A DNA stretch of 64,000 nt from Malacoraja senta (taxonomy: Eukaryota): NCBI GenBank assembly GCA_038087875.1, contig CM075989.1:17856001-17920000 (forward strand), in the 5' to 3' direction. Shown one piece after another: positions 52,759-64,000 of the stretch (positions within the stretch are counted from its first letter, which is position 1; every line of letters begins with the position of its first letter). The notes beneath the pieces were generated by a model, which searched no databases, was not told the DNA's origin, and was given only the letters and a program-made list of their open reading frames with translations. The position numbers were made by a program, and so were the translations under genes.

Positions 52759-53134
52759 CAGGTCCACCACCGATTTTCCATCATCTGATTCGCTCGGTGC
52801 CTCCTTTAATCTGAACAAAATTACAAGAGCGCACTCGAAACTCCCCCTGGATGTCCCCTCTAAAATGTGGCGCCTAGTCCTGGTGAGGCGGGTGATCTCA
52901 ACCTCATCGGGACTTCCACGACCGATTGGTGGGTCACATTTCCCGGCTGCAGTCAGGGCTCTGGAACTCTGGCTCGGCCGGAGCCGGCAGATTCGTTCCC
53001 ATAGCTGACTTCTGTGGCCGACTTTGCGGGTTGGTTTCTTGGCCCCTCAGACCGTGACCTCGGTTAGTCTGACAATGCAGATATTACGGCAAGGCTCTGG
53101 AACCAAGGCTGCTGGAAAATTGGTGGTAGACCTG
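52759..53134. mobile_element. Tc1/pogo-superfamily MITE
   Basis: TA|CAGGTCCACCACCGATTTTCCA ... TGGAAAATTGGTGGTAGACCTG (20 of 22 TIR positions match). Confidence 0.7.
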
Positions 53135-53599
53135 CATTGCACTAAAACCTTTACTGTTAGTGTATCTTGATCTTCTGTACCCCACCAAAATCAAAATTTC
53201 AACAAAAATAGGCAATACTTGTGAAATAGTTGACGAGCTGAACTTTAACTGCACATGGTAGAAAGCCAATGCAAATCTGAAAATGTATCTAGGAAAGGTG
53301 CCCCAAACGTAGAAGACACAATGAGAATATTGTAGAAACAAGGGACTACAGATGCTGATTTACCAAAGAGATACACAAAGTGCTGGAGTAACTCAGTGGA
53401 TCTGAAGGCATTCCTGGGGATCATGGATAGATGGCGTTTTGGGTCGGGGCTCTTTTTCAGACATGAAGGAGAAAGGGGGGAAGGGAGGGGGTGGAGGAAG
53501 GAGAGGGGGAGGTTGTCAACCTATTAAGTTTGTCTTGCTACTTGGAAGATTCACCTTGCTGTACCTTAACTACTGCGTCCCAGTGGGAAATATTGAAGA

Positions 53600-54670
53600 A
53601 TTGTCTGGCCCACAATAAGGCAAACTGCTATGTTTTTGTCTGTTTGAGGCATTTGGAAAGGTGCTGCATGCTAGGCTGGTCCAAAAGGTTAAGGCACATG
53701 GGACCCAGGGCAAGCTGGTTAATTCAATCTAAATCAGCTTGATGATAGGAGGCAAAGGAGCACAGTGGAAGTATGTGTTTCTGATTGGAAATCCTCAATT
53801 AGTGATGTATCGTCAGGATCAGTGCTGGAACCTTTAACGTTTGTATTAATGACTTATATTAATGACTTTGATATGAATGTAGGAAGGATGGTAAGTAAGT
53901 TTGTGAATGACACAAAAGTTGGTGGTGCTGTGCATAGCAAGGAAGGTTATCAGATTAGATGGAAAGTTGGGCAAAGTTTTGGCACATGGAACTTAATCCC
54001 GACAAAAAGTGGTGAATTTTGGAAAGTCAAATCGGGGTGGGAAAAAAACACTAAACAGTAGGGCACCGAGATATGTTGAACAGAGTGACCTAGTGCCAAA
54101 TCCATAATTGCTGGAAGAGGCAACAAAGGTGGCTAGGAGGATGAATTATACGACTTTACAACACATTGGTTAGGCCATACTTCAATGGAGTATGGTGTGC
54201 AGTTCTGGTCGCCACACTATAGGAAAGATCTGATTGCTTTGAAAATGGTGTGGAGGATATTCCACTCCTTTGACTGGAGAACCTCATGAGAGATTAACTG
54301 GCAAAGTAGGCCAAGAGGTTTCCTGATACAAGTATAAACAGAATAAGAGAGGCAAAGTTAGGGTAGATAATCAAAATATTATTTCCCATGGTAAGAGTAT
54401 CCAAAACATTGTTTTAAGGTGAGAGGTAGGAGATTTAAAGGGGATCAAGGGGAAAGATTTTACAAAGTGGTTGGTATCTGGAATGCGCTGCCGGAGGAGG
54501 TGGTTAAGTCAGATACATTTACTGTGTTTAAGTGATATTGAAACCAACATTTCCTTAGGCAAAACTTAGATGGATACAATTCTAATGAAGGCAACTACAT
54601 TAACGCAGATGGGCGAAGGTCGGCATGGACATGGTGAGCCGAAGGACCATTGCTGTGCTTGGTGACTTTA
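53600..54670 (+). mobile_element. Decayed CR1-type LINE (RT to 3' end)
   Basis: ORF 53765..54061 (GSVLEPL.F...INDFD....SKFVNDTKVGG) and later LEY.VQFWSP.YRKD remnants. Confidence 0.8.
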
Positions 54671-55305
54671 TTAATCTATCTATTCTAAAGTTATGAACGT
54701 TGGTATTAGTATAACCTGAGACATCCCCTTAACCATTTCCATTTTCAATGAAAAGGCAGATTTCAAAATGTATTGTAATCTTTGGTGATAAAAAAACACC
54801 CTCCCAATTTGTCAGAATAATGGCAAAGTCAATGAAACGAAAGCAATGGAAAGATACAGGCAACAATACTCTTGAACCAATCAAGTCATTAATCTCTGTC
54901 AAAGACTTTTATATACCAACTATCTTTATATCGTAGCTAGGGAACATTTGATTTTGTTATAAACAATAAAAATGAAAGTATATTAAAATTAATTAATTAA
55001 TGTCAATACAAGGTGGTTAGTGTGCATGTATCTAGTTCAGGATAGCCACAGATTACGGCCATGCTATAGCCTACATCATAATACTACGTTTACAAACACA
55101 TGAAGCTGTCAGGATGGAAATTGAATCATTGCTTGGAGTTCAGTGTTTGCCAGTGAGGGTAAAGAAAACGGACTTCACAACATGTAACAAACTAATTCAT
55201 TCAGTATTGAATGCAGGTCAGCTGGGCTGACAGCAAGTAACTTCAGATGCCAAAAAAGTGCACAATGGAAACCTTGACTAATCATATGCCACCTTACAAC
55301 ATGGA

Positions 55306-56970
55306 CAACGCCCTCCATAATGTTTGGGACAATACCAATCATGTATTTATTTGCCTCTCTAATCCACAATTTGAGATTTGTAACAGAAAAAAATCACATG
55401 TGGTTAAAGTGCACATTGTCAGATTTTATTAAAGTTTTTTTTAATACATTTTGGTTTCACCATGTAGAAATTATAGCTGTGTTTATACATAGTGCCCCCA
55501 TTTCAGGGCACCGTAGTGTTTGGGACACATGGCTTCACAGACGTTTGTAATTGCTCAGGTGTATTTAATTGCGTCCTTAATGCAGGTATAAGAGAGCTCT
55601 CAGCACCTAGTCTTTCCTCCAGTCTTTACATCACCTTTGGAAACTTTTATTGTTGTTTATTAGCAACATGAGAACCAAAGTTGTACCAATGAAAGTCAAA
55701 GAAGCCATTATGAGACTGAGAAACAAGAATAAAACTGTTAGACATCAGCAAAACCTTAGGTTTACCAAAATCAACTGTTTGAAACATCATTAAGAAGAAA
55801 GAGAGCACTGGTGAGCTTACTAATCGCAAAGGGACTGGTAAGCCAAGGAAGACCTCCATGGCTGATGACAGAATAATTCTCTCTATAATAAAGAAAAATC
55901 CCCAAACACCTGTCCGACAGATCATAAACACTCTTCAGCAGTGGATTTGTCAATGACCACTGTCCGCAGAAGACTTTATGAACAGAAATACAGAGGCTAC
56001 ACTGCAAGATGCAAACCACTGGTAAGCTGCAAAAATAGGATGGCCAGGTTACAGTTTGTCAATAAGTACTTAGAAGAGTAATCACAGTTCTGGAAAAAGG
56101 TCTTGTGGACAGATGAGATGAAGATTAACTTATATCAGAGTGATGGCAAGAGCAAAGTATGGAGGAGAGAAGGAACTGTTCAAGATCCAAAGCATACCAC
56201 CTCATCTTTGAAACACAGTGGTGGGGGTGTTATGCCCTGGGCATGTATGGCTGCTGAAGGTACTCGCTCACTTATCGTCATTGATGATACAACTGCTGAA
56301 AGTAGTAGCATAATGAATTCTAAAGTTTATAGACACATCCTATCTGCTCAAGTTCAAACAAATGCCTCATAACTCATTGGCCGGCAGTTCATTCTACAGC
56401 AAGACAATGATCCCAAACATACTGCCAAAGCAACAAAGGAGTTTTTCAAAGCCAAAAAAATGGTAAATTCTTGAGTGGCCAAGTCAATCATCTGATGTGA
56501 ACCTAATTGAGCATGCCTTTTATATGCTGAAGAGAAAACTGAAGGGGACTAGCCCTCAAAAGAAGCATAAGCTAAAGATGGCTGCAATACAGGCCTGGCA
56601 GAGCATCAGCAGAGAAGACACCCAGCAACTGGTGATGTCCATGAATCGCAGACTTCAAGCAGTCAATGCATGCAAAGGATATGCAACAAAATACTAAACG
56701 TGACTACTTTCATTTACATGACATTGCTGTGTCCCAAACATTATGGTGCCCTGAAATGGGGGGGGGGGGGGGGGGGGGGGACCATGTATAAACACTGCTG
56801 TAATTTCTACATGGTGAAACCAAAATGTATAAAAAAGGCCTTTATTAAAATCGGACAATGTGCACTCTAACCGCATGTGATTTTTTTCCTATTACAAATC
56901 TCAAATTGTGGAGTACAGAGGCAAATAAATAAATGATGGATCTTTGTCCCAAACACTATGGAGGGCACTG
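55306..56970 (+). mobile_element. Full-length-sized, decayed Tc1-family transposon with long IR/DR TIRs in CLPX intron 1
   Basis: About 220-bp TIRs (CAACGCCCTCCATAATGTTTGGGACA... / ...TGTCCCAAACACTATGGAGGGCACTG|TA), each containing two TGTTTGGGACA-type direct repeats. Confidence 0.9.
55668..56697 (+). pseudogene. Tc1 transposase pseudogene (DD34E type)
   Basis: MRTKVVPMKVKEAIMRL..., GKPRKTS, WTDEMKINL, QQDNDPKH, SSDVNLIEH, KGYATKY*; several frameshifts and stops. Confidence 0.88.
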
Positions 56971-57514
56971 TACCTATTCGCCACTGCATCATATACGTGA
57001 CACAATAATACACTATGTAATTGCATTGTTACCCTAAAAAAACCGAGAGCTCACCCTACAAAACAACAGTCTTCAGTGAAAGCAGTATAAAGTGATAAAG
57101 AGACTCACATTTATACTCAAGTATCTTATCAAGGTATCTTAAAATGTTTTACAAATAATTAAGGAACTTTGGACGCAGTAATATTAAAATGAAGAAATTG
57201 CTGCGGCCAAATCACACGTAACAAACGTGAATTAAACGATAAGCTCGTCAGTTTTGAGCACTGAATGAGGGCTGATCTACTTGCAATGTGAGATTTTCCA
57301 CGTCCACCCGACAGAAGATAAGGGCCCACCTGACACTCCGTTGGACACTGTGTGTGGGACTGCCAGTGTAAATTAAGTGGAATCTGAATCGGAAACTTTG
57401 GGCACAACCCGCCATCTGGGGCCGATATCATCAACACTCGTGTGGTTAGTAGGTGTCCCCCCCCATGTTGTGGTCCCGACGGCCTGTGATGCTGTAACCC
57501 CAGTGTTATCTTAC

Positions 57515-57593
57515 CCAGACCCGAGGCGGCTGCGGACGAGCGCAGGAGCCGAGCAGCCGACGAGCAGGAACACATCACCACAATGCAGGACAT
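57515..57593 (-). CDS. CLPX: CLPX exon 1 (MSCIVVMCSCSSAARLLRSSAAASGL; mitochondrial presequence)
   Basis: ATG in a CpG island; donor CTGG|GTAAGA; 79 nt, phase 1 matches exon 2; R/S/A-rich peptide with no acidic residues. Confidence 0.85.
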
Positions 57594-57784
57594 TGGTGTC
57601 CGGGGCCTCCCCCTGGGGCCGGCGCTCCTCCCACCGGCGAGGGGCTTTTCTCCTACGGCCGGGCCGAGGCTTCTCTTCTCCTCGGGGCCGGGGGGCCGTC
57701 AACAACAGGCCGGGTACGGGTCAGCTCCACGGCGACGACTCCTGGACGAGGAGCGGTGGCGGCGCGGGCTGGTGGCGACACGGA

Positions 57785-58000
57785 GGCCGGAGCTGAGGGG
57801 ACGGGACCGGGGCGCGGGCCCGACACGGACTCGGGAGCTGAGGGAGCGCGGGCGCGGGCCCGACACGGACACGGGGGCTGAGGGGACGGGACCGGGGCGC
57901 GGGCCCGACTCGGGAGCTGAGGGAGCGCGGGCACGGACGCGGACACGGGGGCTGACGGAGCGCGGGCCCGACACGGACACGGGAGCTGAGGGAGCGCGGA
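57785..58000. repeat. GC-rich imperfect tandem repeat upstream of the CLPX ATG
   Basis: Repeated GGAGCTGAGGGAGCGCGG, GGGCCCGACACGGACAC and GGGACCGGGGCGCGG modules. Confidence 0.85.
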
Positions 58001-58964
58001 CGACGCGGGATCGGCGACGCTGACGCACGGTCACAACCGGAAGCGCCGCGGCAAGTCCTTCCGGCCGACACGGTGAGGGAGGGAAGGATGAAGGAATCGG
58101 AGTGAGGGGACTGACAGTGAGAGATGAGTAAAGGTACTTCAAGCCATAGTCACTCACCATAGGTTGATGCCATTCCCTATGTGTGACATTACGCCACACA
58201 TGAGGCTAAAGGCAAAGTATCCTATCCCTTGATGAGTTTACACTCTGTTGCTGACGCAGAGACAAGCTTGAAATGGATATCTGGACAATAATCCTCCTGT
58301 ATAGAAAGAACTTTATTAATTCCCTCGCTGAATATGAAACTGCCACTGAATCAAACCATAGCTGCCACCATGTTCAAACCCGAATGCTTTGGCACAATGG
58401 GGACCTGACCTGACGTTTACATCCACTCAGCTTCAGGTCGGGTAGCCAGTTCCTCGAAGGAACTCTTGGCATCTCATGGACAATCTGATGTTTCATTTAC
58501 TTTTGTAGCCATGGCATTATTTGACTTATCCAAGTGTCTTTCTTATCAATGACAAAACCTAGAACCCCGAGGACATAGGTTTAAGTTGAGCGAGAACCTG
58601 AGGAGCAACTTTTTCACACAAAGAGGGGTAGGTATATGGAACGAGCTGCCGGAGGAGGTAGTTGACGCAGATACTATCACGATGTTTAAAAAAACATCTG
58701 GAAAGGTATATGGATGGGAGAGATTTGAAGTGATATGAGCTAAAAGCATGCAGGTGGAACATGATAGGGTGCATTCACCCTATCAATTCCCCTTATGGTT
58801 TTAAACATCTCTATAAGATTATCCCCACGCCCCTGCACTCCAAGGAATAAAATTCCAGGTTGCCCAAACTCTCTCCATAGTTTAGACTCTCAATTGGACT
58901 GCTGCCAAATAATTATAGCATTCCATGCCTGGATTCGTCAGGTTGTAAATATTGAGATTTTAAG

Positions 58965-60272
58965 ACAATAGACAATACACAATAGGTGCAGGGGTGGGCC
59001 ATTCGAGCCATTCAATGTGATCATGGCTGATCATCCCCAATCAGTACCCCATTCCTGCCTTCTCCCCATATCCCCTGACTCTGTTATCTTTAAGAGCCCT
59101 ATCTAGTTCTCTCTTGAAAGTATCCAAAGAACTGGTCTGAGGCAGAGAATTCCACAGACTGTGAGAAAAAGTGTTTCCTCGTCTCTGTTCTAAATGGCTT
59201 ACTCCTTATTCTTAAACTGTGGCCCCTGGTTCTGGACTCCCCCAACATTGGGAACATGTTTCCTGCCTCTAGCGTGTCCAAACCCTTAATAATCATATGT
59301 TTCAATAAGATTCCCTCTCATCCTTCTAAACGCCAGAGTATACAAGCCCAGCTGCTCCATTCTCTCAGCATATGACAGTCCCGCCATCCCGGGAATTAAC
59401 CTTGTAAACCTACGCTGCACTCCCTCAATAGCAAGAATGTCCTTCGTCAAATTAGGGGATCAAAACTGCACACAATACTCCAGGTGTGGTCTCACTGGGG
59501 CCCTACACAACTGCAGAAGGACCTCTTTGCTCCTATACTCACTCCTCTTGTTATAAAGGCCAACATGCCATTCACTTTCTTCACTGCCTGCTGTACCTAC
59601 ATGCTTACTTTCATTGACTGATGAACAAGGACCCCCCAGATCCCCTTGTACTTCCCCTTTTCCCAACGACACAATTTAGATAGTAATCTGCCTTCCTGTT
59701 TTTGCTACCAAAGTGGATAACCTCACATTTATCCACATTAAACTGAATCTGCCCACTCACCCAACCTGTCCAAGTCACCCTACGTTATCATAGCATCCTC
59801 ACTGTTCACACTGCCACTCAGCTTTATGTCATCTGCAAATTTGCTAATGTTACTTTGAATCCCTTCATCTAAATCATTGATGTATATCGTAAATAGCTGC
59901 GGTCCCAGCACCGAGCCTTGCGGTACCCCACTAGTCACTGCATGCCATTCTGAAAGGGACCCGTTAATCCCTACTCTTTGTTTCCTGTCTGTCAACCAAT
60001 TTTCTGTCCATGTCAGCACTCTACCCCCAATACCATGTGCCCTAATTTTGCCCACTAATCTCCTATGTGGGACCTTATCAAATGCTTTCTGAAAGTCCAG
60101 GTACAGTACGTCCACTGGCTCTCCCTTGTCGATTTTCCTAGTTACATCCTCAAAAAATTCCAGAAGATTAGCCAAGCATGATTTCCCCTTTGTAAATCCA
60201 TGCTGATTCGGACCGATCCTGTTACTGCTATCCAAATGTGCCGCTATTCCATCATTTATAATTGACTCCAGC
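58965..60272 (-). mobile_element. CR1-type LINE, RT through 3' tail (5'-truncated)
   Basis: ORF 59780..60304 ([38 protein letters not shown]) plus downstream RPHLEYCVQF; (TATTGTC)n tail. Confidence 0.92.
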
Positions 60273-60512
60273 ATTAAAAAAAAATTAAAAAAATTATATG
60301 GCACTTTTATCGCAATACAATTTTTTCCTCTGTTTTGCTTTATGTATGTGATTTGGCATTGACAATATTCTAATCTGGACTCTGCATGTCTTGTTAATAA
60401 TTTTTCAGTCTCGTGGAGGAGATATGGTGTTTACTGGTTAACCCATGTCCCAGATCCCTGCACAGGGAGCCACATTGTTGATCACAGCAACTTCCAGTAC
60501 AAAAACCTGGAG

Positions 60513-60710
60513 CAATGGTTCCCAACCTTTTTCATCCCCTTTACCCCTGGCAACTTTAATAGCACATAACAATGTTATTTCACTTATTGATGAACAGATA
60601 CCGGTATACCAGAACCAAGCACAGTCAGTCAATGAGAAAAAATATGTACAAATCCAGAATCAACAAATTTACCCCCTGGGAGTAAATTTACCCCAGATTG
60701 GGAACCTTTG
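60513..60710. mobile_element. hAT (Charlie-like) MITE
   Basis: CAATGGTTCCCAACC ... GATTGGGAACCTTTG termini with TTTACCCC subterminal repeats; TSD degenerate. Confidence 0.6.
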
Positions 60711-61574
60711 ATCGAGAGGTTGTTTGTGAACAACTGTCCCTTAATATCTCCCACACTATATTGTGTGAGAGATATTGTGTGTGCACAATTGTTGATTGAA
60801 TACTATTTCAAAATGGGGGATGATTTTGCCATGAACACTTAATGTAAGGGATTATTGAGCCCATTCTTGCTGGGGAAGTTCCTGCAATCCTTGCCTGTGT
60901 TTGACTCGTATCTTTAGATGATGTGGCCAGGATGCAGAGTATCTATCTGCTGATCTAAAGCATCCTGAACTGTAGCTGCAGGCCATGACACTGAAAAGTC
61001 CTGGCAGGGCCCAGCCTCCAGTGAGATAGACTGTAAAACCTTCATGTAATTTGAAAGTTAAAATTTAAATTACTTTGTTAAAATTAAATATTTTTTAAAA
61101 GTAACAAAGAGTCTTTAGATTTTACACCTGATGATGCAAATCACACTGTTTTGGACATTTTACAACAAAGGAGGCCATATGGCCAATCACCACATAAATT
61201 CCCATCAGTTATATTCCCTCTCCATATTTCCATGTACGCCCCCAGTTTATTTTCTTGAAACTCTTCTTTTCTACTTACCAACAATTAAGTTAATTTACAA
61301 TAACCATTTAACCTACTAGCACATCTTTGGGATGTGGAGAAAAATGTATAAATGAAAGCTCTTTGGATTGTCCTTATTATTATTTGCCAGGGGTATCCCC
61401 TGCCTCCATTTTACTCTTCTGATTTATTTCTTAAGTATGCTCCTCAGTTCCAAAAACTCCTCTTGGGATACACATGATCTTTGGGAAAAGGTGCCTATCA
61501 AAGATCGTATAGCGGAGTGCCTGTAGTATCTCCAGTATCTGATCTATAGCAAGCTCCTCTAGTATCTTTGATCT

Positions 61575-61990
61575 ATAGATCACGTGCCCCTCGCCTCAGT
61601 CACGTGCTTCATACCCACATAGGGAGCCCTGGTCACATGCCCCGCCCTCGTCACGTGCAGGGGGGGGGGGTTTGTCGGACCGGGCTCCGCTCAGACCGCG
61701 ATGGAGAAGGAGGAGGTGACGCTAGAGGAGCCGCAGGAACCCCAGACCGGAGACGGTCCTGAGCCCGCGGAGAAGCAGGAGCCCGACAAAACGTAATGCC
61801 CACCGCGACTCGGTGCTCGGGTGTTGCCGGCCGCGGTTATATCAGGGGCGAAGTGAAGAGCGCGGCCTGTGGTTCAGGCTCCTGGGCCCTGCGCGCCCCG
61901 TTGCCGAGCCCCCTCCCTCCCTCCCTCACCCCCCCCCCCCCCCCCCCACCGGCCGGTTCCCTTTCTCCCCTTCACTCCGCAGCGTAAACA
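61575..61990 (+). promoter_or_regulatory. CpG-island promoter with four E-boxes (CACGTG 61581, 61601, 61652; CACATG 61634) and a GC box
   Basis: TCACGTG, GTCACGTG, GTCACATG and GTCACGTG within about 80 bp; CCCCGCCC at about 61640. Confidence 0.7.
61701..61792 (+). CDS. Probable first coding exon of an unidentified divergent gene (MEKEEVTLEEPQEPQTGDGPEPAEKQEPDK...)
   Basis: ATG in ACCGCGATGG context inside a CpG island downstream of an E-box cluster; donor AC|GTAATG; acidic N-terminal peptide. No downstream exon recognised in the window. Confidence 0.5.
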
Positions 61991-63084
61991 TGCTGCAAAC
62001 TGTATTTGGTTATACCTATAAATTGTATTTATTCTCTTGGGAGTAAACTGAAAGTGGGCTCTGAAACTTGGATTTAGGCTCTTAAACATTGATTAATTAC
62101 GGGACACTAAACGCTAATTATGGGATCAAACAATCCGCAGCCAGGATCCGAATGTTTATTTTTAAATCTTTGTTATTATTATTTTATCGGTATATTAGAT
62201 TTATGTCGAACGCTAAAACAAATTGCAGTTATGTGATTAAATAGATGATAAAGTTATCCACTTGTGCTGGGTAAAGATTTTGCGTTTAAATCATTCGCAA
62301 TTGTAGGAGAACACTTTCCCATCTGTGTCTTACCGCACTGTTGGTTTACGTTATTTGTTTTCATTGTATTTGAGTTCATTTTGATTCTGTTTCCTTATTG
62401 TAAACATTTTTAAACTGCGAGGGTACGTTGAATTAACTCGTGTACATTTATCTACATTTACTCATTTTTTGTTCTACAATGGGTTGGAATTTGTAATTCT
62501 CTTTTGGAATTATTTTGGATAGTCCATAACTGTGAAAATTAAGTTATTAATTCAAAAGGGGATTGGAAATAAGCAAATGTAAGCATTGTCATTAACTTAA
62601 ACTGAGTTGTTCCTGTGCATTAACATTAAATTATCGAATCTGAATACTGTTTTTAGTTGTCATTTTCCTTACAACTTTTTTCGTAACTTTTATGTATGAA
62701 GATTTTAATCTGATTTTCCCTTTTTGTATTTGTAATGGCAATCCGCATTTCACTACACCAATTGGTGTATGTGACAAATAAAGAACCTTTGAAAGAACCT
62801 TTGAACCTTTGTATTTTAGCTCTTTACAAAAGTTTGCAATTTTCTGGTATGTTCAACAACTTTTTTGCAGGGTTAACCTTTTCTATGATTGGAGATTCTA
62901 TCAAAGGGCATTATTTTGGTTACTTGATCTTTGCTAATTATTCAAGAACTGCTTGCAGTGTGGGGATCACTGGTCGGTGCATACTCGGTGGGCCGAAGGG
63001 CCTGTTTCCACGCTGTATCATTAAACTAAACCTTAAATGCTCTGTATTGTAATAGTGCAACCACCCTTTCTGTTGCACAGTCAG

Positions 63085-63520
63085 TATCTCATGGGGTCAT
63101 AGGATACTGATACAGGCCCTTCAGCCCAACTTGTCCATGCTAACCGTCTTCGCTTGTTTGTATTTGGTCCATATCCCTCTAAACCTTTTCTATCCATACA
63201 CCTGTCCAAAAACCTTTTAAATGTTGTTATAGTATGTTCCTCAACTACCTCCTCTGGCAGCTCATTCCTTATACTCACAATTTAAAGTTAGAAAGTTGCC
63301 CTTTGGGTTTGTATTACAACTTATCACTCTTGCCTTAAAGCAATGACCTCTGGTTCTTGATTCCCCACTCTAGATACAAGACTGCATTTACCCATGTATC
63401 GAATGCCTTCTTAACAACTCTATCTACTTTTGACACAATTTTCAGGGAACTATGTACTTCTTACTCTATGATCCCTCTGCTCTACAACATCCCCTGGGGC
63501 CCTGCCATTCACAATGAAGG
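63085..63520 (-). mobile_element. Decayed CR1-type LINE 3' fragment
   Basis: ORF 63081..63278 (NELPEEVVE..TI.TFKR.LD..M.RKGLEGYGP). Confidence 0.75.
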
Positions 63521-64000
63521 TCTTGCACTGCTCAATCTCTTGGATTATTTTTACTGCTGGATACATAGCACATGTTGGAAAGGGTACATTGCCAACTAGT
63601 ATTACATTCAAGTTAGATGTGTGCAAGTTACTTATTTCTCATAATAAATAAATTGCACAGTTCCTGTTAACTCTTTATTCTGAGGGAAGAAGTCTAAATT
63701 GTTCAGACTGTAATGTGACCCTCTCCTGGTCCAAGGAAGATGATAGGCAGGTGGGTACAACCCAAGGCACATGGCAGGGGAAAGGGAAGAAATGAAAATT
63801 GTTTGCATGGCAATATTTAATGAAGGAGATAAGTTGTTTCATACACTCAACAGGTCAATAGCATCTATGGAAGGAGAAACTGTTAACTTGGCCATTTTGT
63901 TGGTTTAAGGGTACGGATAATTCAATCATTGTTCACTGATAGTAGATGACAAGTATAAATAAGCCATATGGGAAAATCCATCCATGTATTGAACATTTTT

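Larger units (their letters stand above)
57470..58080 (-). promoter_or_regulatory. CLPX CpG-island promoter with ETS/GABP motifs (CCGGAAG about 58037, CTTCCGG about 58058) and a TGACG half-CRE
   Basis: CpG-rich block around exon 1; paired ETS sites are typical of nuclear-encoded mitochondrial genes. Confidence 0.7.

Noticed and set aside
57377-58199. Several 97-166 aa ORFs at the CLPX 5' end
   Set aside because: Products of the CpG island and tandem repeat; only 57515-57593 fits the CLPX exon structure.

Overview
Eukaryotic vertebrate DNA, very probably from a cartilaginous fish (skate/ray-like), judging by the HE1-type SINEs, CR1/HER1-type LINEs and Penelope remnants. Two complete intron-containing genes lie on the minus strand. 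PDCD7 (U11/U12 snRNP 59K; 5 coding exons, 3517-10675, 664 aa) has an expanded P/Q/G-rich N-terminus. CLPX (mitochondrial ClpX ATPase; 14 coding exons, 17473-57593, 633 aa) follows upstream. I placed every exon by hand from GT-AG sites, and the phases join in frame. A second CpG island at about 61.6-62.0 kb has four clustered E-box/CLEAR-like motifs and the probable first coding exon of an unidentified divergent gene. The rest is repeat-rich: CR1 LINE fragments, HE1-like SINEs, Penelope remnants with hammerhead-ribozyme-like cores, PIF/Harbinger, pogo-like and hAT MITEs, a decayed IR/DR Tc1 transposon and a non-autonomous Helitron with an internally inverted minisatellite. The most notable leads are (i) a candidate alternative CLPX C-terminus (35-nt exon plus a downstream terminal exon) whose splice acceptor is split by a MITE, (ii) the Helitron, (iii) the dispersed minimal hammerhead motifs and (iv) the CLEAR-rich divergent promoter. 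Nearly all short ORFs in the supplied track are non-coding or transposon-derived. Repeat boundaries without TIRs or TSDs are approximate.
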